Shown here piece after piece: positions 48,545-58,611 of a DNA stretch of 64,000 nucleotides. The notes beneath the pieces were generated by a model. That model searched no databases. It was not told the origin of the DNA and saw only the letters and a list, made by a program, of their open reading frames with translations. Source of the stretch: an uncultured Actinomycetes bacterium (lineage in GTDB: Bacteria; Actinomycetota; UBA4738; JBBDTT01); assembly GCA_963742735.1 (NCBI GenBank), contig CAVUMN010000004.1, positions 1,120,001 through 1,184,000 on the forward strand. The letters run 5' to 3'. A program made the translations under genes and the position numbers. Each line of letters begins with the position of its first letter. Within the stretch, counting starts at the first letter, position 1.

Positions 48545-50039
48545 AGGGGTTCGTCTCGCTCGTCGGCGCCGGCCCCGGCGACCCCGGCCTGATCACGGTG
48601 AGGGGCCTCGAGCGCCTGCTCGAGGCGGACGTGATCGTCCACGACCGGCTGATCGACGCCGACCTGCTGCGCGCCGTCCGTCCCGAGGCGGTGCGCGTCG
48701 ACGCCGGCAAGGCGCCGGGCGTCAAGCAGCTCACCCAGGACCAGATCAACGCCGTCCTGATCGAGCAGGCCCGCGCCGGCCGCCGGGTGGTGCGGCTCAA
48801 GGGCGGCGACCCGTTCGTGTTCGGCCGGGGGGGCGAGGAGGCCTCCGCGCTGGCCCGGGCCCGCGTCCCCTTCGAGGTCGTCCCCGGCGTGACGAGCGCC
48901 GTCGCCGCCGCGGCCTACGCCGGCATCCCCGTCACCGACCGGCGCGCCGCGTCCTCGGTCGCGTTCGCCACGGGCACGCCGCGGCCGGGCGGCGCCGACA
49001 CGGTCGAGCAGGCCGCCGGCGCCGACACGGTCGTGGTCCTCATGGGGATCGCGAACCTGGAGGCGATGACCCGGAAGCTGATGCGCGGAGGGAAGCCGGC
49101 GGCGACCCCCGCCGCGATCGTCGAGCGTGGGACGTTTCCGACCCAGCGCGTGGTAACGGGGACGCTGGAGACGATCGCCGCGAAGGCCCGGACGGCGAGG
49201 GTGTCCAATCCGGCGGTCCTGATCGCCGGCGACGTCGTGACCCTGCGCCGCGAGCTCGCGTGGTTCGACACGCGTCCGTTGTTCGGCCGCGCGATCCTGG
49301 TCACGCGGGCCCGCGACCAGGCGGGGAGCTCTCCGCCCTGCTGCGGGAGGAGGGCGCCGTCCCGGTCGAGGCCCCCGCGATCCGGACCGCGCCCGTCGTC
49401 CAGGCCGGGGCGCTGGATCGCGCGGTGCTCGCCGTGGCGGCCGGAGAGCTCGAGTGGCTCGTGTTCACCAGCCCCAACGGCGTACGCCACTGGTTCGACC
49501 GGGCCGCGGCGCTCGGGTTCGACGCCCGGGGCATCCGCGCGCAGGTGGCGGCGGTCGGCCCGGGCACGGCGGGGGCCCTGCGAGCCCGGGGGATCGTGGC
49601 CAACCTGGTGCCCGGGAAGTTCACCACCGAGGCCCTCGCCCGCGCGTTCCCCCGCGCGAGCGGGTCGGTGATGCTGGCGCGGACGAACATCGCCCCGCCC
49701 GGGTTGCAGGAGGCCCTCGAGGACAAGGGATGGCGGGTCCGGCAGGTCGTGGCCTACCGGACGCTGCGGGTGCGGTCGCTGCCGCCCGAGGCCCGGGCGC
49801 TCCTGAACGCCGGCCGTATCGACGCCCTCGCGTTCACCAGCGCGTCGACCGTGGAGGGATACGTCCGGATGGCCGGTACAATTCAGCGCGCGGCGAGTCG
49901 CCCGAAGGTGGTGTGCATCGGGCCCTCGACCGCCGAGGCCGCGGCCCGGTTGGGGCTCACGGTCGACGCGGTGGCCCGTCCGCACACGCTCGGCGGCCTG
50001 GTGGCCGCCCTGCGACGAGCCCTTCGATCGAGAGGCTAG
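48541..50039 (+). CDS. cobA: Uroporphyrinogen-III C-methyltransferase/synthase fusion (CobA-HemD), one frameshift near 49325
   Basis: VGAGPGDPGL, RLKGGDPFVFGRGGEE; the HemD part (ELSALL, FTSPNGV, FTSASTV) continues in another frame after a G run. Confidence 0.88.
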
Positions 50040-50044
50040 ACAGG

Positions 50045-51024
50045 ATGCCCTTCCCCCAGCAGCGCCCCCGACGCCTCCGCCGGACCGAGGCGCTGCGCGC
50101 GCTGGTCCGCGAGACCGACCTCGCGCCGCGGCACCTGGTCGCGCCGCTGTTCGTGAAGGAAGGCATCGACGAGGCCGCCCCGATCGCCTCGATGCCCGGC
50201 CAGTCCCAGCACACCCTGGAGTCGCTGAAGAAGGAGGCCCGCGAGATCGCGGGTTTGGGCGTTCTCGCGTTCGTCCTGTTCGGCGTCCCGGCCGACAAGG
50301 ACGCGGAGGGCTCCCAGTCCCACGCGGAGGACGGCATCGCCCAGCGCGGCCTGCGGGCGCTGCGCGAGGAGCTCGGGGCCGACGCCGTCCTGATCTCCGA
50401 CCTGTGCCTGGACGAGTACACCGACCACGGCCACTGCGGCGTCCTCACCGAGGCCGGCGAGGTCGACAACGACCGGACCCTCGAGATCTACCGGAAGATC
50501 GCCGTCTCCCAGGCCGAGGCCGGCGCCGACCTGGTCGCGCCGAGCGGCATGATGGACGGGCAGGTCGCCGCGATCCGCGGGGCCCTCGACGACGCCGGCC
50601 GCGCCGACGCCGGCATCCTGGCCTACGCCGCGAAGTTCGCCTCGGCCTTCTACGGGCCGTTCCGCGACGCCGCCGAGTGCGCGCCGCAGTTCGGCGACCG
50701 CGCCGGCTACCAGATGGACCCCGCGAACGCCGACGAGGCCATGCGCGAGATCCGCGCGGACCTCGACGAGGGCGCCGACGCCGTGATGATCAAGCCGGCC
50801 CTGCCGTACCTGGACGTGATCCGCCGCGCGAAGGACGCGTTCGGCGGCCCCGATCGCCGCCTACAACGTCAGCGGCGAGTACTCGATGGTGAAGGCCGCC
50901 GCCGAGCAAGGGCTGGCTCGACGAGCGCAAGACGGTCCTCGAGATCCTCACGGGGATCCGCCGAGCCGGCGCCGACCTGATCCTCACCTACCACGCCAGC
51001 GAAGCCGCCGACTGGCTTCGGTGA
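50045..51024 (+). CDS. hemB: Porphobilinogen synthase, two apparent extra bases near 50848 and 50910
   Basis: RPRRLR, CLDEYTDHGHCG, APSGMMDG, IKPALPYLD; AYNVSGEY and GADLILTY occur in successive frames. Confidence 0.92.
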
Positions 51025-51120
51025 GGGCCTGGCCCACCGTCGAGCTGTCCGCCGGCTCCCGCCGTCAGATCTGACGGTCCGTCAGGTTCCGGACGGCGAG
51101 CATGGCGCCCTCCCCGACCG

Positions 51121-51247
51121 CGACTCCAGCAAATATTGCGCCTGCGCTATATCGGTCGGTCCAGCCCGCAAAACCGCTGGTCAGAGGGAGTGGCAATCCG
51201 GGCGAAACGGGCGACATAGCCCATGCGCTATGAATCGCGGAGTGGGC
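51121..51247. repeat. Paired-palindrome element copy 4 (degenerate)
   Basis: ATATTGC-gcctgc-GCTATAT (51133-51152) and ACATAGC-ccatgc-GCTATGA (51214-51233); right end GAGTGGGC as in copy 3. Confidence 0.7.
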
Positions 51248-51374
51248 TCACGAGAACCCGCAAGCCCGCGAACCGCCCGCGCCCCAGACGCTCACATCCG
51301 CCCCTCAGCAACCCACCCGTCCCACGATCGGTCGGACGCGCCCTCCGCGGGCGCCGTCGCCGTCGCCGGTTTCT

Positions 51375-51644
51375 TCATCTCCCACAACTCCGAGGGCGTG
51401 AAGTGCATGGCCGTCCGCCGGTGTCACCCGGCCGTATCGACGGCAGCCGGAGTCCCGACCCCCAACGGGACCGCCGAGGCCGACCCAGATCCAGCAAGAA
51501 CGGCCGACCCACCGCCTTCGAGAACCGATCGATGAAGCCGATGCCCGGCAGGACCCGGCCCCGCTCGGCGCGAGATACCGCCGACTGGGTCGAGCCCATC
51601 TGCTCCGCGACGTCGGTCTGCGTCATTCCAGCCTCACGGCGCAT
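51375..51644 (-). CDS. XRE-family HTH protein, paralog of 16259..16702 (ends uncertain)
   Basis: LARMRREAGMTQTDVAEQMGSTQSAVSRAERG..PGIGFIDRF. Confidence 0.7.
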   Translation of the reverse strand: MRREAGMTQTDVAEQMGSTQSAVSRAERGRVLPGIGFIDRFSKAVGRPFLLDLGRPRRSRWGSGLRLPSIRPGDTGGRPCTSRPRSCGR

Positions 51645-51717
51645 CCGCGCCAGGTCGGCGCCTGCGGCCGCCGCTGTGAACCCGATTCCTCCATCCTGCG
51701 CACGATAGGTTGAGGCA

Positions 51718-52980
<1,263 letters not shown>

Positions 52981-52997
<17 letters not shown>

Positions 52998-53085
52998 ACA
53001 GCAGCGTCACGTAGATCCCGATGACCATCAGGCAGAACAGGATGAACGCCCATCCGCCGTCGACGATCGGTTCGAAGCCCAGCAT
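52981..53085 (-). CDS. 34-aa single-TM protein at the end of the cytochrome bc operon
   Basis: GGGAG RBS; [34 protein letters not shown]. Confidence 0.7.
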
Positions 53086-53094
53086 GTCGTCTCC

Positions 53095-53850
53095 CTACGC
53101 CGGTCCCAGGAACTTCGGGGCTTCGCCCCCGGTCAGGATGTGCTTGCGCTTCTTCTCCGCCTTGTCGAGGAAGGGCAGGTGCCCCGCGAACATCAGCAGT
53201 GACACGCCGAGGAACAGGTAGGACGGCAGCGGCACGTTGCCCTCGTCGAACACCGCGAACGCCTCAAGGATCGGCCCGCCGTCTTTGAAGTAGACCTGCG
53301 CCGCGGCCAACTTGTATCCGTCCTCCTGGGTGAAGCGGATGTTCTGCAGCGCGAAGTCGGTGGGGGCGACCTCCGTCTCGGCGACCTCCGCGGAGATGCC
53401 GGCCTCCTCGGCCTGCGCGTGCGCCTCGCGGGCCAGGAAGTCGCCCATGGCGGTGGTCAGCGCCTCGATCTCGACACGGGTCGTCTCGTCGGGGACCTCC
53501 CACGGGTCCGCCGGGTACTTCCCGACCGAGTCGAACGTTGGGGAGGTGACGTTCTCGGCCACGGCCACCGGCGACCAGTGCGGCTCGGAGATGCAGGTCT
53601 CACACGCGTAGCGCGTGCCGCGCGGTCCCAGGTTCGGGGGCGTGCTGCCGGGCACGCCGAACACGAAGATGAGGGAGAAGATGATCATCATTCCCCAGAA
53701 GCCCACCGACGTGACCAGGTAGCCCATCCACCGGCCGAAGATCGCCGAGAGCAGCACGTAGACGCTGCCGAAGAACACCAGCGAGCCGAGGATCGTGACG
53801 CCCCACCCCTTGATGACGGTGGCGGTGTCGGCCGCGAAAAGGCCGTCCAT
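53095..53850 (-). CDS. Membrane protein in the cytochrome bc operon
   Basis: TGATG coupling; two N-terminal TMs, extracytoplasmic loop with CETC, C-terminal TM. Confidence 0.8.
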   Translation of the reverse strand: MDGLFAADTATVIKGWGVTILGSLVFFGSVYVLLSAIFGRWMGYLVTSVGFWGMMIIFSLIFVFGVPGSTPPNLGPRGTRYACETCISEPHWSPVAVAENVTSPTFDSVGKYPADPWEVPDETTRVEIEALTTAMGDFLAREAHAQAEEAGISAEVAETEVAPTDFALQNIRFTQEDGYKLAAAQVYFKDGGPILEAFAVFDEGNVPLPSYLFLGVSLLMFAGHLPFLDKAEKKRKHILTGGEAPKFLGPA

Positions 53851-54500
53851 CAGGTCGCCTCCTCCGGCGGGGTGATGCACCGGTTGTCCTCGTCGGGCAT
53901 CGTCTGAATGTCCAGCAGGTACAGGACGATGTCGTGGATCTGCTGGTCGTCCAACGGCCCGGCGAACCGGATGCTCCACGACGGCATGTCGGTCGGCGGC
54001 CGGCCCTCGCGGATGGTCGTGTAGACGTCCTCGAGGGTGAGCCGCCCGCACACGTCGGTCAGCTGCGGCACCTGGACGAACTCACCGTTGAAGTAGTTGA
54101 TGCCGCCCTCCAGGCCGGGGCCGTGGCAGCGCACGCAGCCAAACCCGAGCTCGTTGACGCCCTCCTCGAACTCCTCGGTGGTCTGCCGGCCGCGCTCGAT
54201 CGACTCGGTGACCGCCAGCCGCTCGTCGGCCAGGTTCTGCTTCGGCTCGCGGACCCACTGGATCGGGATCCACACCGCCATGAAGATGATCGAGACGAGC
54301 ATCCACGCCTGGAGCTTCTCGAGCAGGGGCTTCTCGAGGTCGGCGTCCGACGGTCCTGCCGCCATCGCGTGGGGGATCTCCGGCGGGACGTCGCTCGGCC
54401 GCAGCCGCCGGACCGTGACGGCGGTGACCACGATCAGAACCACGGCCACCGCGGCGAACGCGAGGATCGTCTGGCCGGAGAACGCCAGCGCGCCGCCCAC
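53850..54500 (-). CDS. Membrane-anchored monoheme cytochrome c
   Basis: CVRCHG and distal MPSW; two TMs. Confidence 0.9.
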   Translation of the reverse strand: MGGALAFSGQTILAFAAVAVVLIVVTAVTVRRLRPSDVPPEIPHAMAAGPSDADLEKPLLEKLQAWMLVSIIFMAVWIPIQWVREPKQNLADERLAVTESIERGRQTTEEFEEGVNELGFGCVRCHGPGLEGGINYFNGEFVQVPQLTDVCGRLTLEDVYTTIREGRPPTDMPSWSIRFAGPLDDQQIHDIVLYLLDIQTMPDEDNRCITPPEEAT

Positions 54501-55202
54501 CTAGCCGGCCCCCACGCAGAACGGCCCCTCGGGGTTCTGCCTCGTCGTGTCGACGCCGCGGGGCGGGCCGGGCTTGAGGGTCGCCGTGTCGACCTTCACC
54601 GTGTTGCCCTCCAGGACGACCGGGAAGCGGTCGAGGCCCTTCGGCGCCGGCCCGGACTGGTACTCGCCGGCGCGGTTGTACTTCGAGCCGTGGCACGGGC
54701 ACTCGAACCACTGGGACTGCTCGCAGAACGGCACTCGGCAGCCCAGGTGGACGCACCGCTGGTACAGGGCCATGAGCCCGCCGGCCGCGACCCCCACGTA
54801 GTCCTCGGGGAGGGGGTCGACGTCGTAGGGGACCAGGTAGAACTTGCCGGAGCCCAGGTAGAACGGCTGGCGCGTCGACTGGATCGCGTTGCGGATCTCG
54901 TCCAGCGAGCCGGCGGTGATGACCGAGCCGAACCCGCCCTTCAGGTTCGGGTACAGGAACGCCAGCGTCGCGAAGCCGAACTGCGCGGTGAAGACGCTGA
55001 GGCCCATCAGGATGCCTCCGCGGAAGAAGTCGCGGCGCGACACCGGCTTGGCCGGCTTCGGCTTGTCGGTCGGCACGCGGCCGGCGGCGGCGGCCGCGGC
55101 CTGGCGGGCCCGGAGGAACGACCCCGCGAGCAACAGCAGGAACAGCCCGAACAGCGCGCCGACCACCAGGATCGCGAACGTCGACTGCGACAGCCCGAGC
55201 AT
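54501..55202 (-). CDS. Rieske iron-sulfur subunit
   Basis: Tat motif SRRDFF; CVHLGC and CPCHGSKY. Confidence 0.95.
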   Translation of the reverse strand: MLGLSQSTFAILVVGALFGLFLLLLAGSFLRARQAAAAAAGRVPTDKPKPAKPVSRRDFFRGGILMGLSVFTAQFGFATLAFLYPNLKGGFGSVITAGSLDEIRNAIQSTRQPFYLGSGKFYLVPYDVDPLPEDYVGVAAGGLMALYQRCVHLGCRVPFCEQSQWFECPCHGSKYNRAGEYQSGPAPKGLDRFPVVLEGNTVKVDTATLKPGPPRGVDTTRQNPEGPFCVGAG

Positions 55203-56044
55203 CACAGGTCGAAGAAGAGGCCCTGGGTCCACGGCCACACCCAGTTCTGCGCCGGGCCGCGGAAGAACGAACCGATCATGACCAGGATCGCCCAGAACAT
55301 GATGAACATCGTGAACAGCGTGATGGCCACCTTGCGATCGCCGGGCTTGGTGGAGGGGTTGCGGTCGAAGTAGGGGACCACGATCAGGCCGATGATCGCG
55401 ACCGTCGGCATCATCACGCCCGCGATCGTCGGGTGGAAGTACCGCAGGAGCTCCTGCAGGCCCATGAAGTACCACGGCGCCTTCGACGGGTTCGGCGTCA
55501 GGTTCGGGTTCGCCAGCTCGAGCAGCGGCGCGTTCACGAACGTCGAGAACACGATCAGGAACGCGCTCACGACCAGCAGCGCCACGAACTCCTCGGCCAG
55601 CAGGTGCGGCCACACGTTCACCCGGTCGCCCTGTTCGCGCTCGACCCGCTGGATGCCCTCGGGGGGGACCAGGGCCAGCAGCCGGTGCTTCTCGTTCTGG
55701 CCGGGCTTGGCGGCGGTGGGCGGCTTGCCGGTCGGGGGCGGCGCGACCCGGACCGCGGCGGCCGGCGCGGCGAACACCGCTCCGGTTGCGGCGGCGGCGG
55801 CGGCGGCCTCGGGGGCCGCGGCGGCGGCGGCCGGCTGGGCGGCGCCTCCATTCCCGGCGGGGGCCGCGGCGGCGGCGGGCTTGGGGGCCCGCTCGGGCTC
55901 GCCGTGCTCCTTGTGGTAGGCGGAGACGGCCGCGCGGCGCGCCCGCCCCTCGGCGACGCGCTTGTCGGAGCCCTTCTCGAGCTGCTCCTTCAGGACGCGG
56001 TCGAAGATCTCCTGGTCCATCGGAGTGTCGGCAGGGCCGGCCAT
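55202..56044 (-). CDS. Cytochrome b subunit IV-like (PetD-like) with N-terminal extension
   Basis: WPHLL, ANPNLTPNPSKAPWYF, PYFDRNP. Confidence 0.88.
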   Translation of the reverse strand: MAGPADTPMDQEIFDRVLKEQLEKGSDKRVAEGRARRAAVSAYHKEHGEPERAPKPAAAAAPAGNGGAAQPAAAAAAPEAAAAAAATGAVFAAPAAAVRVAPPPTGKPPTAAKPGQNEKHRLLALVPPEGIQRVEREQGDRVNVWPHLLAEEFVALLVVSAFLIVFSTFVNAPLLELANPNLTPNPSKAPWYFMGLQELLRYFHPTIAGVMMPTVAIIGLIVVPYFDRNPSTKPGDRKVAITLFTMFIMFWAILVMIGSFFRGPAQNWVWPWTQGLFFDL

Positions 56045-56063
56045 CGTGGTCTCACTTCCCCCT

Positions 56064-56852
56064 TTACAGCGGTCCGGAGATCCCGCCGTCCTTGCGGATC
56101 CTCCAGAAGTGGACGGCCAGGAAGATGGTCAGGAAGAACGGCAGCGCCAGCACGTGCAGGACGTAGAACCGCAGCAGGGTGTCGGGCCCGACGGCGGTTC
56201 CCGCGAACAGCAGGAACTGGACCTGTTTCGCGATCAGCGGGCTGTACCCGGCGATGCCCTGCCCCACGGTGACCGCCCAGATCGCGAGCTGGTCCCAGGG
56301 GAGCAGGTAGCCGGTGTAGGAGAGCAGCAGCGTGAGCAGCAGCAGGATCACCCCGACCACCCAGTTGAACTCCCGCGGCGGCTTGTACGCGCCGGTGTAG
56401 AACACCCGGGCCATGTGCAGGAACACCGAGATGACCATGAGGTGCGCGCCCCATCGATGGATGTTGCGCACCAGGTCGCCGAAGATCACGTTCGTCTTGA
56501 TGTTCTCCATGTCGGCGTAGGCCAGCGCGCCGCCGATGTCGGCCGCCGGCCGGTAGAAGAACATCAGGTAGATGCCGGTGACGGTCAGCAGGACGAACAG
56601 GAAGAACGACAGGCCGCCCAGGCAGAACGTGTACGTCAGCTTGAGCCCGTGCCGTTTGATCTTGACCGGATGCAGGTGGTACAGGACGTTGTTCATCGTG
56701 GCCAGCGCCCGGTCGCGCGAGGTGTCCTTGTAGCCCTTCCGGAACATGGAACCCGGCCGGAAGATCGACTTCCAGACCTCGCTCTCCCGGATGTAGTCGC
56801 CGACCTCGGCCGGGGTGGGGAGGAAGGACGGAAGGCGGGGCTTCAGGTTCAC
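56064..56852 (-). CDS. Cytochrome b6-like subunit (PetB-like)
   Basis: [42 protein letters not shown]. Confidence 0.93.
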   Translation of the reverse strand: MNLKPRLPSFLPTPAEVGDYIRESEVWKSIFRPGSMFRKGYKDTSRDRALATMNNVLYHLHPVKIKRHGLKLTYTFCLGGLSFFLFVLLTVTGIYLMFFYRPAADIGGALAYADMENIKTNVIFGDLVRNIHRWGAHLMVISVFLHMARVFYTGAYKPPREFNWVVGVILLLLTLLLSYTGYLLPWDQLAIWAVTVGQGIAGYSPLIAKQVQFLLFAGTAVGPDTLLRFYVLHVLALPFFLTIFLAVHFWRIRKDGGISGPL

Positions 56853-56856
56853 CGGC

Positions 56857-57252
56857 TCACTCCTCGGCCGCCTGGCCGGCGGGGACCGCGGCCATCTGCC
56901 GGGCGCCCTCGGCGCCCTCGGGGATCCGGGCGTAGTACAGGCAGTCGCTGGGGCATCGCTCCACGCACACGCTGCACCGGGTGCAGGCGTTGTCGTCGAC
57001 CACGAAGATCGCGTACGCCTGGTTGACGTCGGCCCCGACCGCGCCGTCCTCGGTCCCCTCGACGATCCCCGGGTCCAGCATGTAGATGCAGTTCCAGGGG
57101 CAGACGTCCTCGCAGGCCCGGCAGAGGATGCACGGCTCGGGGTCGAGCATCAGGTGCTTGGGGGACTTCACGCCCTCCTTGAGCCATCCGACGTCGACGG
57201 TCTGGAGCTCGTAGTCCTCCCGGATGTCGACCTCGGTCTTGGTGAACGCCAT
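56857..57252 (-). CDS. 2x[4Fe-4S] ferredoxin-like protein
   Basis: [12 protein letters not shown] and [12 protein letters not shown]. Confidence 0.92.
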   Translation of the reverse strand: MAFTKTEVDIREDYELQTVDVGWLKEGVKSPKHLMLDPEPCILCRACEDVCPWNCIYMLDPGIVEGTEDGAVGADVNQAYAIFVVDDNACTRCSVCVERCPSDCLYYARIPEGAEGARQMAAVPAGQAAEE

Positions 57253-57267
57253 ACGTCGATGCCTTCC

Positions 57268-57624
57268 TTACCGGTAGCCGCCCGAGGGGCGCGAGTCGCC
57301 CGCCTCGCCGCGGACCTTGTGCCGCTGCTTCTGCAGTAGGTACCCGATCACGATCACGGTCACCACCGGGCCGACCGAGAGGTTGGCGCCGATGAAGTCG
57401 CTGAGCTTCGAGAGCCAGAAGTTCCGGTTCCAGCCGATGGTCTCGGCGAAGTACAGCCACGCGGAGGGGATGACGGAGGTCGACACGATCGCGAACATCC
57501 AGAAGCCGACGCTGAACACGACGGCCTTCGTCCACGTCCACTCGAACTCACGAAGGAAGTTGTTGAGCCGGTCGACGACGGGAGCGAGCCTGCGCTCGAT
57601 AACCTTCGGGATCGGCAGCTTCAC
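57268..57624 (-). CDS. Small membrane protein, first gene of the cytochrome bc operon
   Basis: Two TMs; GGGGAG RBS. Confidence 0.75.
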   Translation of the reverse strand: MKLPIPKVIERRLAPVVDRLNNFLREFEWTWTKAVVFSVGFWMFAIVSTSVIPSAWLYFAETIGWNRNFWLSKLSDFIGANLSVGPVVTVIVIGYLLQKQRHKVRGEAGDSRPSGGYR

Positions 57625-57688
57625 CCTGCGTGTCTCCCCCTCGGCCGTGGGCCAGCGGATTCTATATCAGCCACCCGGTCCACCTCGT

Positions 57689-57706
57689 TCGTGAATCCCT
57701 TCACAA
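57689..57706. promoter_or_regulatory. Rex operator between the cytochrome bc operon and ccdA
   Basis: TCGTGAA-tccc-TTCACAA. Confidence 0.85.
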
Positions 57707-57779
57707 GCGACGTTCCCAGTGTATCGAGCGGGACAGACGGCGCAAACTCCGCCGAGGCGGCGGTCGCTACGCTAGCGCC

Positions 57780-58526
57780 GTGACCGAGTTCGTGGCCGAC
57801 GGGATCCAGGCATGGTGGGCGCCGCTGCTGGCGTTCGCCGCCGGCCTGGTGTCGTTCGCCTCGCCGTGCGTCCTGCCCGTGGTGCCCGGCTACCTGTCCT
57901 TCGTGTCGGGGACCCAGGAGGAGGGCGGGCGCCACGCCCTGCTCCCGACGGCGCTGTTCGTCCTGGGGTTCGCGGCCGTGTTCACCGCCCTGGGGGTCGG
58001 GGCGGGCATCGGGGGTGGCGCGGTCACCCGGTTCCTTCGCTCGAGCGCGGCCCTGCGCGTGGCCGGGACCATCGTGATCCTCGTCGGCGCGTTCATGGTG
58101 CTGTACGCCCTGCGGCTGGGGCGGCCCGGGCTGTTCGCCGAGCAGCGACCGTTCCTGTCGAAGGTCAAGCCGGGCGTCGCCGGCGCCTTCCCTCTGGGGA
58201 TGGCCTTCGCCGCGGGGTGGACGCCGTGCATCGGTCCGGTCCTGGGGCTGATCCTCACCCTGGCCGCGAACGAGGGGAGCGCGCTGCGCGGCGGCGTCCT
58301 GCTGTTCGTCTACTCCCTGGGGCTCGGCGTGCCGTTCCTGCTGGTCGGGCTGGGGGTCAACCGGCTCGTCCGCGCGCTGGCGTTCGTGAAGCGGAACTAC
58401 CACTGGATCGCCGGCGTCGGCGGGGCGCTGATGGTGGTCATCGGGGTGCTGCTGGTGACCGGGCTGTGGACGCGGGTGATCCTGCCGCTGCAGCGGCTGA
58501 CCCAGAGCTTCGAGCCCCCGATCTAG
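57780..58526 (+). CDS. ccdA: Cytochrome c biogenesis protein CcdA
   Basis: SFASPCVLP, GWTPCIGP, YSLGLGVPF. Confidence 0.93.
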   Translation: MTEFVADGIQAWWAPLLAFAAGLVSFASPCVLPVVPGYLSFVSGTQEEGGRHALLPTALFVLGFAAVFTALGVGAGIGGGAVTRFLRSSAALRVAGTIVILVGAFMVLYALRLGRPGLFAEQRPFLSKVKPGVAGAFPLGMAFAAGWTPCIGPVLGLILTLAANEGSALRGGVLLFVYSLGLGVPFLLVGLGVNRLVRALAFVKRNYHWIAGVGGALMVVIGVLLVTGLWTRVILPLQRLTQSFEPPI

Positions 58527-58577
58527 CGCCGCGCGCCGCGTTGCTCCCGCTCCCGCGCCGGGCGTAAAGTGACGACT

Positions 58578-58595
58578 TCGTGAAAGTCTTCACAA
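58578..58595. promoter_or_regulatory. Rex operator upstream of menJ-nuo
   Basis: TCGTGAA-agtc-TTCACAA. Confidence 0.85.
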
Positions 58596-58611
58596 GCTCC
58601 CGAGAAGGGGG

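Noticed and set aside
16111-51247. Paired-palindrome elements as CRISPR repeats, integron attC sites or terminators
   Set aside because: They are dispersed rather than arrayed, no cas or integrase gene is present, they lack matching RYYYAAC/GTTRRRY ends, and they have no U-tracts
51711-51713. In-frame TGA just upstream of hemL as a recoding site
   Set aside because: It lies before the likely leaderless GTG 51718; a 1-nt deletion explains the frame better
55785-55880. GCG/GCC-rich repeat tract
   Set aside because: Encodes the Ala-rich linker of subunit IV; not an independent DNA element
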